Shown piece after piece: positions 9,323 through 19,520 of a stretch of 64,000 nt of DNA. A program made the translations under genes and the position numbers. Every line of letters begins with the position of its first letter. Position 1 is the first letter of the stretch. Source of the DNA: an uncultured Eubacteriales bacterium (GTDB lineage: Bacteria > Bacillota > Clostridia > TANB77 > CAG-508); assembly GCA_949294555.1 (NCBI GenBank), contig CASFHP010000008.1, positions 583-64,582 on the forward strand. Direction: 5' to 3'. The notes beneath the pieces are model-generated. The model was not told the origin of the DNA, did no database searches, and was given only the letters and a program-made list of their open reading frames with translations.

Positions 9323-10357
9323 ATGATAGAAAACATGAAAGTGTCAGAATTTGATTATGATTTACCAGAAGAACTAATTGCACAAACACCAATAGAAAAA
9401 AGAGATGAATCTAGGTTGATGGTATTAGACAGAAGTAAACAAACAATAGAGCATAAGATATTTAAGGATATTATAGAATATTTAGAACCAGGAGATTGTT
9501 TGGTTAGAAACAATACAAAAGTTATACCAGCAAGGATTTATGGAAAAAAAGAAACAGGTGCCCATGTAGAATTTTTATTATTAAACAATATAGAAGGCGA
9601 TATATGGGAAAGTATTGTAAGACCAGGCAATAAGTTACATGTAGGCACAAAAGTAATTTTTGGTGATGGTCTATTAACAGCTGAAATTTTGGAAATTATG
9701 CCAGGAGGAACAAGAAAAGTAAAATTCACATATAAAGGCATATTTAATGAAATCTTAGATAAAATCGGTCTAATGCCTTTACCACCATATATTCATGAAG
9801 AATTAAAAGATAATGATAGATATCAAACTGTATATGCAAAATATGAAGGTTCAGCAGCAGCTCCAACAGCAGGATTGCATTTTACACCAAAGTTATTGAA
9901 ACAAATAGAAGAAAAAGGTGTGAAAATTGCAAATGTTACATTACATGTTGGCATAGGCACATTTAGACCAGTAAAAGAAGAAAATGTAGAAGAACATCAA
10001 ATGCATACAGAACATTTTTATATCAAACAAGAAGATGTTGACAAAATAAATGAAACAAAAAAACAAGGAAAAAGAGTCATTGCAGTAGGAACAACCTCTT
10101 GTAGAGTATTGGAAACCATTGCAGATGAACATGGAATGGTAAAAGAAACAGAGGGAGACACGGGAATATACATATATCCAGGATATCATTTTAAATGTTT
10201 AGATGGATTAATTACCAATTTTCACTTACCACAATCCACTTTGCTAATGCTTGTATCTGCATTAGCAGGAAAAGATTATATCATGAAAGCATATAATGAA
10301 GCAGTTAAAGAAAAATATAGATTTTTTAGTTTTGGAGATGCAATGTTTATCAAATGA
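9323..10357 (+). CDS. queA: S-adenosylmethionine:tRNA ribosyltransferase-isomerase
   Basis: [45 protein letters not shown]. Confidence 0.98.
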   Translation: MIENMKVSEFDYDLPEELIAQTPIEKRDESRLMVLDRSKQTIEHKIFKDIIEYLEPGDCLVRNNTKVIPARIYGKKETGAHVEFLLLNNIEGDIWESIVRPGNKLHVGTKVIFGDGLLTAEILEIMPGGTRKVKFTYKGIFNEILDKIGLMPLPPYIHEELKDNDRYQTVYAKYEGSAAAPTAGLHFTPKLLKQIEEKGVKIANVTLHVGIGTFRPVKEENVEEHQMHTEHFYIKQEDVDKINETKKQGKRVIAVGTTSCRVLETIADEHGMVKETEGDTGIYIYPGYHFKCLDGLITNFHLPQSTLLMLVSALAGKDYIMKAYNEAVKEKYRFFSFGDAMFIK

Positions 10358-10383
10358 AAAAACAAAAATAAGTTTGTCAATGG

Positions 10384-10487
10384 TGTCAATGGGGACGGAG
10401 ATTTTGACAACTTAATAAAAGAATTAAAACTATATAATAAATAAGGAAAGAAAGAAGAAGTTGTCAAAATCTCCGTCCCCATTGACA
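10384..10487. repeat. REP-like doublet with GGGGACGGAG core (family G)
   Basis: 30-bp perfect IR 10384-10413/10458-10487; each arm is itself tgtcaa...ttgaca. Confidence 0.9.
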
Positions 10488-10493
10488 ACTTGA

Positions 10494-11627
<1,134 letters not shown>

Positions 11628-11676
11628 ATGTGTATATTAATAGCTAACTATTTATAGATAGATAGGGGGAATACAA

Positions 11677-13155
11677 ATGAATTTATTAAATGAGGACTAT
11701 TCAGAAACTAAAAAAAATAAAACAAAAACACTAATTAAAGTAATTATTGTATTAATTGTTTTGGTTGTTATTGCTATTATTGGAATCATTTCTTATATGA
11801 TGTATTTACAAAGAATGGAATTAAAAGTGCTTCTAAATGCACAACAAAATGATGATTTAAAAAATTTATTAGTTTTTGAAACAGATGGAACCATATATGT
11901 CCCAGTAAGAGCCATTTCTTCATTTTTAGGATATAGTTGTTATAATGGAGAATATACAGATAGATCCGAAGACAATAGTAAATGTTATGTACAAAGTGAA
12001 GTCGAAGTGGCAAATCTTACATTAAATTCTAATAAAATATATAAATTAAATTTATCTGGAAATGAACAAGAATATACATATGTATATATGGATAAACCAG
12101 TAAGAGCTATTAATGGACAATTATATATTACAACAGATGGTATGCAAAAAGTATTTAATACAACTTTTGAATATAATGAAGAAAGCAATACAATTACAAT
12201 TGATACGATACCATATTTAACAAGTATATATCAAACTGCAGTTTTGGATTATGGTTATACCGGATTAAGTGATGTTCTTGAAAATCAAAAGGCAATGTTA
12301 AAAAATATGCTTGTTGTAACAAATGGTAATGGATATGGTGTTATTAATGGATTAGATGGAACAGAAATATTGGAATGTAAATATGACAATATTCTTTATC
12401 AACAACTTGTAGGTGATTTTATTGTTGTAAGTGATGGAAAATATGGAATTATTGGCACAGATCAAAAAACAAAAGTTGAAATAAGTTATGATAATATTAA
12501 ACTAATAGATTATGATGCAGGATTATATTTAGTACAGAGAAATGGTCGATATGGCATTATTGATTTGAATGGGAATACAGTTATATACCCAGAAAATGAC
12601 CAAATTGGTGTAGATATTTCTCGATTTGAAGAAAATAACTTGAAAACAGGATATATATTGGTAGATAATTTAATACCAGTTATGAGAGATAATAAATGGG
12701 GACTATTCGACTTACGTGGAAATCAAGTAGTTGCTTTTGAATATGATAGTTTTGGATATATAGCTAATAATAGTAGAGATGCTATCAATTTATTAGTTAT
12801 ACCAAGCTATAATGTAATTGTAGCTTGTTTAAATAATCGATATACATTATTAAATGCTTCTGGAGAACAAACTTTTAAAGCTTTTGTTGATGATATTTAC
12901 ATGACTAATAATGGTGGAGAAATACATTATACAATGATAGCAAATGATAGAACATATGATGTGGAGGATTATCTAGATAGATTAGGTGTACAACAAGTAT
13001 CAACAAACAATACAACAAATACTTCATCAAATACAACAAATACCTCATCAGGAACAACTGATCAAACAGTTAATGAGACTGTTGAAGAAAATACTCAAAA
13101 CGGAGAAGAACAGTCAAGCAATGAGGGACAAACTATTCAGGAAGTAGAAGAATAG
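11677..13155 (+). CDS. Membrane-anchored WG-repeat protein with stalk (copper amine oxidase N-like) domain
   Basis: N-terminal TM, IYVPVRAISSFLG, repeated KYGII/KWGLFD units, low-complexity T/N/E tail. Confidence 0.65.
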   Translation: MNLLNEDYSETKKNKTKTLIKVIIVLIVLVVIAIIGIISYMMYLQRMELKVLLNAQQNDDLKNLLVFETDGTIYVPVRAISSFLGYSCYNGEYTDRSEDNSKCYVQSEVEVANLTLNSNKIYKLNLSGNEQEYTYVYMDKPVRAINGQLYITTDGMQKVFNTTFEYNEESNTITIDTIPYLTSIYQTAVLDYGYTGLSDVLENQKAMLKNMLVVTNGNGYGVINGLDGTEILECKYDNILYQQLVGDFIVVSDGKYGIIGTDQKTKVEISYDNIKLIDYDAGLYLVQRNGRYGIIDLNGNTVIYPENDQIGVDISRFEENNLKTGYILVDNLIPVMRDNKWGLFDLRGNQVVAFEYDSFGYIANNSRDAINLLVIPSYNVIVACLNNRYTLLNASGEQTFKAFVDDIYMTNNGGEIHYTMIANDRTYDVEDYLDRLGVQQVSTNNTTNTSSNTTNTSSGTTDQTVNETVEENTQNGEEQSSNEGQTIQEVEE

Positions 13156-13374
13156 AATGAGCTTACATCTAATTACATCGAATAAAAAAACTTGTTAGAT
13201 ACGAAAAAATTTATATATAGTTAAGATTAATTCCTATATAATAAAAAGGGTATTTGCTTGAAAAAAGGCAAATATCTTTTTTTGACCAGTCATACTAATA
13301 GAAAAAATTAAAAAAATAGTATATAAATATATAAGGGAAAAAACGTGTATCAAATTCAAGAAAGAGGTATATAA

Positions 13375-14310
13375 GTGAAAAATATACAAATAGTAACCAA
13401 TGGAATTTATTTCCCGAAAAAGCAAATAGCAAATGAAGAATTGGAAAATAGATTACATTTAGAAAAAGGATATATCGAAAAAAGAACAGGAATTAAAAAG
13501 CGATATTATGCAATTGAAGAAACAATAGAAGACATGGCATTAGAAGCTGTAAAAAATGCTTTGTCTAAAACAGAAGAAAAGGAAAACATCGGATTAATCA
13601 TAACAGCAACAACCAGTACAAATTTGCTAATGCCAGGAATATCAAATTATATTCAGAAGACATTAGAGCTTCCTCCTTGTATATGTTTAGATATACTAGC
13701 TGGCTGTGGAGGATATATTAATGCTTTTGATATTGCTAAACTTTATATAGATTCAGGAACTATCGAAAAAGCATTAATCATTGGCGTAGATAAACTATCT
13801 GAAATTATCGACAAAGAAGATGTTGGGACAGCAGTTGTATTATCAGACGGAGCAGGAGCAACATTGATAGCAAAAGATGAAGAAAATAAAAAAGAAAGAA
13901 TATATGTAACCCACATGCAATCAGACGGAGAAAAAAATGAAATCCTAACATATCAATATGGTCAAAAATTATATATGAATGGAAAAGAAGTATATAAATA
14001 TGCAATAACAAACACAGTGAAAAATATTGATGGATTACTAAATAAAGCAAAAATTTCATTAGAAGATATTAAATACATAATTCCACATCAATCCAATTTA
14101 AAAATCATGAAAGCAATTGCTACAAGATTACATATTTCAATGGAAAAAATGTATACAAACATACAAACAAGAGGAAACACCTTTTGTGCAAGTATTCCAA
14201 TTGCGTTATATGATATGCAAAATGAAGGACTTTTGAAAAAAGGCGATAAAGTCATTTTATTAGGATATGGTGGAGGATTAAATACAGGAAGTATTTTGAT
14301 GGAAATGTGA
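13375..14310 (+). CDS. fabH: 3-oxoacyl-ACP synthase III
   Basis: RTGIKKR, LAGCGGY (Cys), IPHQSN (His), RGNT (Asn), GYGGGL. Confidence 0.9.
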   Translation: MKNIQIVTNGIYFPKKQIANEELENRLHLEKGYIEKRTGIKKRYYAIEETIEDMALEAVKNALSKTEEKENIGLIITATTSTNLLMPGISNYIQKTLELPPCICLDILAGCGGYINAFDIAKLYIDSGTIEKALIIGVDKLSEIIDKEDVGTAVVLSDGAGATLIAKDEENKKERIYVTHMQSDGEKNEILTYQYGQKLYMNGKEVYKYAITNTVKNIDGLLNKAKISLEDIKYIIPHQSNLKIMKAIATRLHISMEKMYTNIQTRGNTFCASIPIALYDMQNEGLLKKGDKVILLGYGGGLNTGSILMEM

Positions 14311-14343
14311 TGTCCAATTGGACAAAGAAAGGATGAAGGAAAG

Positions 14344-15270
14344 ATGAAAAAAGCTTTTTTATTCCCAGGACAAGGCGCACAAGTTGTTGGAATGGGAAAA
14401 GATATTTATGAAAAATATGAAGAAGCAAGAAAAATTTATGATGAAGCTTCTAAGATTTCTGGAATAGATGTAAAAAAACTTTGTTTTGAAGGTCCAGAAG
14501 AAGAATTAAACAAAACAGAAAATACACAAATTGCAATATTAACAACAAGTTTAGCAATTTTAGAAGTATTAAAATCAAAAGGAATACAAGCAGATATAGC
14601 AACAGGATTAAGTTTAGGAGAATATGGTGCCTTAATTTATGCAGGAATTATTAGTTTTGAAGATGGCATTAAATTAATCCAAAAAAGAGGATATTACATG
14701 GGAAATCTTTTACCTAATGAAACATTTTCTATGGCAGCAATTATTGGTTTAGACTCAGCAAAAATAGAAGAAGTTTGCAAAGAAATTGCAAAAGATAATC
14801 AATTTATTACAGTTGCAAATTACAACTGTAGTGTACAAACCGTTATATCAGGAGAAGATATAGCAATAGAGATGGCTATGGAAAAATTAAAAGAGGCTGG
14901 TGCAAAAAGAGCCATCAAATTAAATACAAGTGGACCATTCCATACGATTAAATTGGAAAAGGCAAAAGAAGCTTATGAGAAGGAATTAGAAAATATCGAT
15001 TTTCATCTTGATACAAAGGTAAAAGTGATTAAAAATATTGATGGTACATATTACAATCCAAATGACAACATAAAGGAAATTTTGGCAAATCACATTATCA
15101 GTCCAGTAAGATTTGATAAAGCTATAAAATTAATGGAACAAGAACAAGTAGAAGAATATGTTGAAATTGGACCAGGAAGAACGTTAACAGGATTTGTAAA
15201 AAAAGATAATAAAGAAGCAAAAACAGTAAATATAAATAGCTTGGAAAGTTTGGAAAATTATCTAATATAA
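14344..15270 (+). CDS. fabD: Malonyl-CoA:ACP transacylase
   Basis: FPGQGAQ, GLSLGEY, SGPFHT, EIGPG. Confidence 0.95.
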   Translation: MKKAFLFPGQGAQVVGMGKDIYEKYEEARKIYDEASKISGIDVKKLCFEGPEEELNKTENTQIAILTTSLAILEVLKSKGIQADIATGLSLGEYGALIYAGIISFEDGIKLIQKRGYYMGNLLPNETFSMAAIIGLDSAKIEEVCKEIAKDNQFITVANYNCSVQTVISGEDIAIEMAMEKLKEAGAKRAIKLNTSGPFHTIKLEKAKEAYEKELENIDFHLDTKVKVIKNIDGTYYNPNDNIKEILANHIISPVRFDKAIKLMEQEQVEEYVEIGPGRTLTGFVKKDNKEAKTVNINSLESLENYLI

Positions 15271-15295
15271 AAATACGTTTACTATTATTCATAGG

Positions 15296-15504
15296 TTTTA
15301 TCTGAGTAGAGGTAATGATACTAGCCTATTATTTTATAAATTTTTCGGTTCAATACGATATTTAAGAATTTGTAACATAATTTATTTGAGCCTCTTTCAC
15401 TCAGACCCTCACTACGTGAGTACCGTGAACATTCCTCAATAAATTATATAACAAATTCTAAAACATCTCCAATCACTAGTATCATTACCTCTATTTAGAT
15501 AAAA
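15296..15504. repeat. 209-bp rod-hairpin element (copy B)
   Basis: 29-bp near-perfect IR 15296-15324/15476-15504; 52-nt core 15387-15438 identical to 18522-18573. Confidence 0.9.
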
Positions 15505-15538
15505 ATGTGAAATTTAATTAAAGGAAAGGAAGATAAAA

Positions 15539-16279
15539 ATGGAAGAAAACAAAACCGTATTTGTAACAGGTGCTTCAAGAGGGATAGGAAAAGAAGTAGC
15601 CTTAAAATTTGCAGAAAATGGATACAATGTTGTTATTAACTATGTTTCAAGTAAAACAAATGTAGAAGAATTAAAAGAAGAATTTGAAAATAAAGGTGTA
15701 AAAGCCCTTATTATGCAAGCAGATGTAACAGACAAAGACGCAATTGAAACATTAGTAAAAAAGGCAATTGAAGAATTTGGAAGTATTGATGTATTAGTAA
15801 ATAATGCAGGAATTACAAAAGACAATTTATTAATGAGAATGAGTGACGAAGAATTTGATAAAGTGATAGAAGTTAATTTAAAAGGAACATATGTTGTTAC
15901 AAAAGCAGTTACAAAATATATGATGAAAAAAAGAAAAGGAAGTATTATCAATTTATCATCAGTAGTTGGTGTTGCTGGAAATGCTGGACAATGTAATTAT
16001 TCAGCATCAAAAGCAGGAATTATAGGATTTACCAAAAGTGTAGCAAAAGAATTGGCTTCAAGAAATATCCGTTCAAATGCAGTGGCACCAGGATTTATCG
16101 AAACAGATATGACCGCTGTTTTGTCAGATGAAATAAAAGAAAATATACATAATCAAATTCCATTAAAGAGAATGGGAAGTGCTAGAGAAGTGGCTAATTT
16201 AATCTATTTCTTGGGTTCTGACGAAAGTTCATATATTACTGGTCAAGTGATTAATGTTGATGGTGGAATGGTTATGTAA
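15539..16279 (+). CDS. fabG: 3-oxoacyl-ACP reductase
   Basis: TGASRGIG, NNAGIT, YSASK, VDGGM. Confidence 0.95.
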   Translation: MEENKTVFVTGASRGIGKEVALKFAENGYNVVINYVSSKTNVEELKEEFENKGVKALIMQADVTDKDAIETLVKKAIEEFGSIDVLVNNAGITKDNLLMRMSDEEFDKVIEVNLKGTYVVTKAVTKYMMKKRKGSIINLSSVVGVAGNAGQCNYSASKAGIIGFTKSVAKELASRNIRSNAVAPGFIETDMTAVLSDEIKENIHNQIPLKRMGSAREVANLIYFLGSDESSYITGQVINVDGGMVM

Positions 16280-16404
16280 AAACAAATTGAAAGCAGCATC
16301 TTGCACATTTTTGATATCAAATTCAAACTTCGACGTACAAAGAGTACGTCTTCAGCTTGAATTTGATATCAAAAATGCACAATATACTACTTTGAATTTG
16401 TTTT
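16279..16404. repeat. ERIC-like palindromic element
   Basis: 21-bp perfect IR 16306-16326/16357-16377, apical gacgtac-aaaga-gtacgtc, outer aaaacaaatt/aatttgtttt. Confidence 0.85.
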
Positions 16405-16447
16405 AAAACAGACGAATATGTATTATAAAAATGAAAGGAAGAGAAAG

Positions 16448-17689
16448 ATGGAAAGAAGAGTTGTTATCACAGGTTTGGGAGCATTAACTCCAATAGGAAA
16501 TACAACAAAAGATTTTTGGGAAGGAATAAAATCTGGAAAATGTGGAATTGATGAGATTAAGAGTTTTGACACAACAAATTTTAAAGTAAAACTAGCAGCA
16601 GAAATAAAAGACTATAATCCAGAAGACTATTTTGACAGAAGAGAAGCTAAGAGATTAGACAAATTTTCTCAATATGCTATTATTGCTGCAAGAGAAGCAT
16701 GGAAAGATAGTGGACTAGATAAAGAAACAGAAAATATGGAAAGAGTAGGAATTATCATAGGTTCAGGAATTGGTGGGATTGAAACAACAGAAGTTGAACA
16801 CGAAAAATACATGACAAAAGGACCAGATAGAGTATCTCCAATGTATATTCCAATGGGAATTCCAAACATGGCAACAGGAAATGTAGCGATTGAAATTGGT
16901 GCAAAAGGAGAATCTATTGCTATGGTAACAGCATGTGCTTCAGGTACACATAGTATTGGAGAAAGCTTTAGAATGATTAAACATGGATATCAAGATGTTG
17001 TTTTAGCAGGAGGAACAGAAGCAGGAATAACACCTCTTAGTATAGCTGGATTTACAAACATTAAAGCATTAACAAAAACAGAGGACAAAACAAGAGCAAG
17101 CATTCCATTTGACAAAGAAAGAAGTGGATTTGTCATGGGAGAAGGTGCAGGTGTTATTGTCTTAGAAGAATTAGAACATGCAAAAAAAAGAGGAGCAAAA
17201 ATTTATGCAGAAATCGTAGGATATGGTGCTACATCAGATGCTTATCATATCACATCTCCTGCTCCAGGAGGAGAAGGTGGTGCTAGAGCAATGAAAATCG
17301 CCATGGAAGAAGCACATGTCAATCCAGAAGAAATTACATATATCAATGCACATGGTACATCAACACATCTAAATGACTCTTGCGAGACACAAGCAATTAA
17401 AACAGCATTAGGAGAAGAAAATGCAAAAAAAGTAATGGTAAGTTCAACAAAAGGACATACAGGACATCTATTAGGTGCAGCAGGTGGCGTAGAAGCAATT
17501 GTTTGTGCAAAAGCTATTGAAGAAGGATTTGTTCCAGCTACGATTAATTATAAAGTACCAGATGAAGAATGTGATTTGGATGTTGTTCCAAATGAAGGAA
17601 GAAAAGTAGATGTTAAATATGCAATGTCTAATTCATTAGGATTTGGTGGACATAATAGTAGTATTTTGTTGAAGAAATATGAAGATTAA
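16448..17689 (+). CDS. fabF: 3-oxoacyl-ACP synthase II
   Basis: RRVVITGLG, TACASG, NAHGTST, KGHTGHLLGAAG, GFGGHN. Confidence 0.97.
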   Translation: MERRVVITGLGALTPIGNTTKDFWEGIKSGKCGIDEIKSFDTTNFKVKLAAEIKDYNPEDYFDRREAKRLDKFSQYAIIAAREAWKDSGLDKETENMERVGIIIGSGIGGIETTEVEHEKYMTKGPDRVSPMYIPMGIPNMATGNVAIEIGAKGESIAMVTACASGTHSIGESFRMIKHGYQDVVLAGGTEAGITPLSIAGFTNIKALTKTEDKTRASIPFDKERSGFVMGEGAGVIVLEELEHAKKRGAKIYAEIVGYGATSDAYHITSPAPGGEGGARAMKIAMEEAHVNPEEITYINAHGTSTHLNDSCETQAIKTALGEENAKKVMVSSTKGHTGHLLGAAGGVEAIVCAKAIEEGFVPATINYKVPDEECDLDVVPNEGRKVDVKYAMSNSLGFGGHNSSILLKKYED

Positions 17690-17698
17690 TAATTCATC

Positions 17699-17936
17699 AT
17701 TCACAGCTATTTATTTGAAAAGCAAAAGTTATATTATCATATTTTATTCATTAAATGGCTGGCACTACGAAATATACAAATTCTAACATTATAAAGCAGG
17801 CACCTCTGAACCGCAAGTCTGAGATTCTCCTACTTGATAATGCAAGAATTTGTAATATTTCTCCATTAGCACATTTAATTTCATAAAATATGGTAATATA
17901 ACTTTTGCTTAATTAGACAAATTTTTAACTGTGAAT
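17699..17936. repeat. 238-bp rod-hairpin element (copy D)
   Basis: 28-bp IR 17720-17747/17883-17910, inner acaaattct/agaatttgt stem, C-rich apex. Confidence 0.85.
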
Positions 17937-17965
17937 TATAATAATATAAAAATGGAGGTAGAAAT

Positions 17966-18430
17966 ATGGATTACAAAGAAATTAAAAAATTAATGGATGA
18001 TATGGGAAATTCTAAATTAGAGGAATTAGAAATAGAATTTCCAGATGGTGTAAAGATTAGCATGAAGAAAAGTGAAAAGAGAGAAGTCATTGTTGAACCA
18101 CATGTGATAGAAGCAAGTGCTCCAATGACAGTTCCTGCTGTAAGACCTCAAGAAGAAAAAGGAATGGTAACTGTAGAAGAAAAGAAAGAAGAAAACTACA
18201 AAGTAATAAAATCTCCAATGGTGGGAACATTTTATGCAAGTTCATCACCAGATAAAGATCCATATGTAAAAGTCGGAGATAAAATCTCAAAAGGACAAGT
18301 GGTATGTATCGTAGAAGCCATGAAATTAATGAATGAAATCGAATCAGAGTTTGATGGTGAAATCGTAGAAATCTGTGTTAAAAATGAAGATGTTGTAGAA
18401 TATGGTACACCTTTATTTAAAATAAAATAA
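17966..18430 (+). CDS. accB: Acetyl-CoA carboxylase biotin carboxyl carrier protein
   Basis: SPMVGTFY and EAMKLMNEI biotinylation motif. Confidence 0.95.
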   Translation: MDYKEIKKLMDDMGNSKLEELEIEFPDGVKISMKKSEKREVIVEPHVIEASAPMTVPAVRPQEEKGMVTVEEKKEENYKVIKSPMVGTFYASSSPDKDPYVKVGDKISKGQVVCIVEAMKLMNEIESEFDGEIVEICVKNEDVVEYGTPLFKIK

Positions 18431-18446
18431 GACATAGTATAAGATA

Positions 18447-18649
18447 GCAAAGGTAATATATATAATATTTTTTAAGTTCTCCTGTTCATTACATTCAAAA
18501 AGAATTCATAATGCTTTCTCATGAGCCTCTTTCACTCAGACCCTCACTACGTGAGTACCGTGAACATTCCTCATTTGAAAGCTAAATGAATTCTAATTTT
18601 CATTCCAATCAAGCGTCGAAACTTAAAAAATATTATATATTACCTTTGC
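18447..18649. repeat. 203-bp rod-hairpin element (copy E)
   Basis: About 30-bp IR 18447-18478/18620-18649; core 18522-18573 identical to copy B. Confidence 0.9.
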
Positions 18650-18714
18650 GTACGAAAAAAAATATATATAAATTGTGATATTGTAAAAGTAACTATAAAT
18701 GGAGGTTAAGATAA

Positions 18715-19137
18715 ATGTTAAGTAAAGAACAAATTAAAGAAATTATCCCACAAAGAGAACCATTTTTAATGATAGATGAAGTGGAAGAATATATACCAGG
18801 AGAAAGTGCCGTAGCATATAAAAATGTGAGTGAAGATGAATATTATTTCAAAGGACATTTCCCAGGAAATCCAATTATGCCAGGTGTACTAATTGTTGAA
18901 TCACTAGCACAAACTGGTGCAGTTGCTATCCTTTCTATGGAAGAAAATAAAGGAAGAAATGCTTTATTTGGTGGAATCGACAAACTACGTTTTAAAAGAC
19001 AAGTTGTTCCAGGAGATAGATTAAAATTAGAAGTAAAAATCATTAAGAGAAAAGGTCCTATTGGAATTGGGGAAGCATTAGCAACTGTTGATGGAAAAGT
19101 AGCAGTCAAAGGAGAACTAACTTTTGCGATTGTATAA
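18715..19137 (+). CDS. fabZ: 3-hydroxyacyl-ACP dehydratase
   Basis: [38 protein letters not shown]. Confidence 0.95.
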   Translation: MLSKEQIKEIIPQREPFLMIDEVEEYIPGESAVAYKNVSEDEYYFKGHFPGNPIMPGVLIVESLAQTGAVAILSMEENKGRNALFGGIDKLRFKRQVVPGDRLKLEVKIIKRKGPIGIGEALATVDGKVAVKGELTFAIV

Positions 19138-19153
19138 AATCTAATAATGTAAA

Positions 19154-19188
19154 AAAATAAATTGCAATTTTAAATTGCAATTTATTTT
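19154..19188. terminator. Terminator hairpin after fabZ
   Basis: aaaataaattgcaattt...aaattgcaatttatttt palindrome. Confidence 0.65.
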
Positions 19189-19200
19189 AAATCATAAAAA

Positions 19201-19409
19201 TTTTCTTAGAGTCCAATACTTAAGGAATAAATAACTAAAAATATAATAGCAATAAAACATTGTGAAGTCAATACTTATAGGACAAAAAATAGAGAATTTT
19301 AAAATTTTATAAAATAAAAAAATAGAAAACAGAAATAGTTTGTAAAGTTAGATATAACAAGCTATTTCTGTTTTTTTATTTATTCCTTAAGTATTGGACT
19401 CTAAGAAAA
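19201..19409. promoter_or_regulatory. Candidate invertible promoter switch (OFF orientation)
   Basis: 34-bp perfect IR 19201-19234/19376-19409 enclosing a minus-strand TTGACT-17-TATTAT promoter (19271-19243) and a plus-strand terminator (19326-19377). Confidence 0.7.
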
Positions 19410-19520
19410 ATAAAAGAAGTAAAAATGTAAAAAAGAAACAAAATAGAAAACGGATTGCTAAAATACAATTTAAGTGAAAAAGAGAAAATGAATAAACAGA
19501 AGAAGGAGGATTTTTGTAAG

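Noticed and set aside
9413-9536. AGG as a general +1 shift codon like CGG
   Set aside because: queA uses in-frame AGG at conserved Arg positions (DESRLM, PARIY) with no frame break
13005-13050. Short tandem repeats (NTTNTSS; also PEQP at 33885-33935)
   Set aside because: Ordinary low-complexity linkers in surface proteins
14308-14346. fabH-TGA-fabD in-frame readthrough fusion
   Set aside because: Only 11 open codons, fabD has its own SD, and the spacer is repeat-derived; easily chance
15296-15504. G-U wobble bias as proof that the rod hairpins act on the sense RNA
   Set aside because: Copy B fits, but copies A and D contain mismatches favouring the other strand, so the evidence is mixed
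15296-18649. CRISPR array or tRNA/rRNA genes among the repeats
   Set aside because: No regularly spaced direct repeats, no cas genes, and no cloverleaf or rRNA signatures seen anywhere in the window
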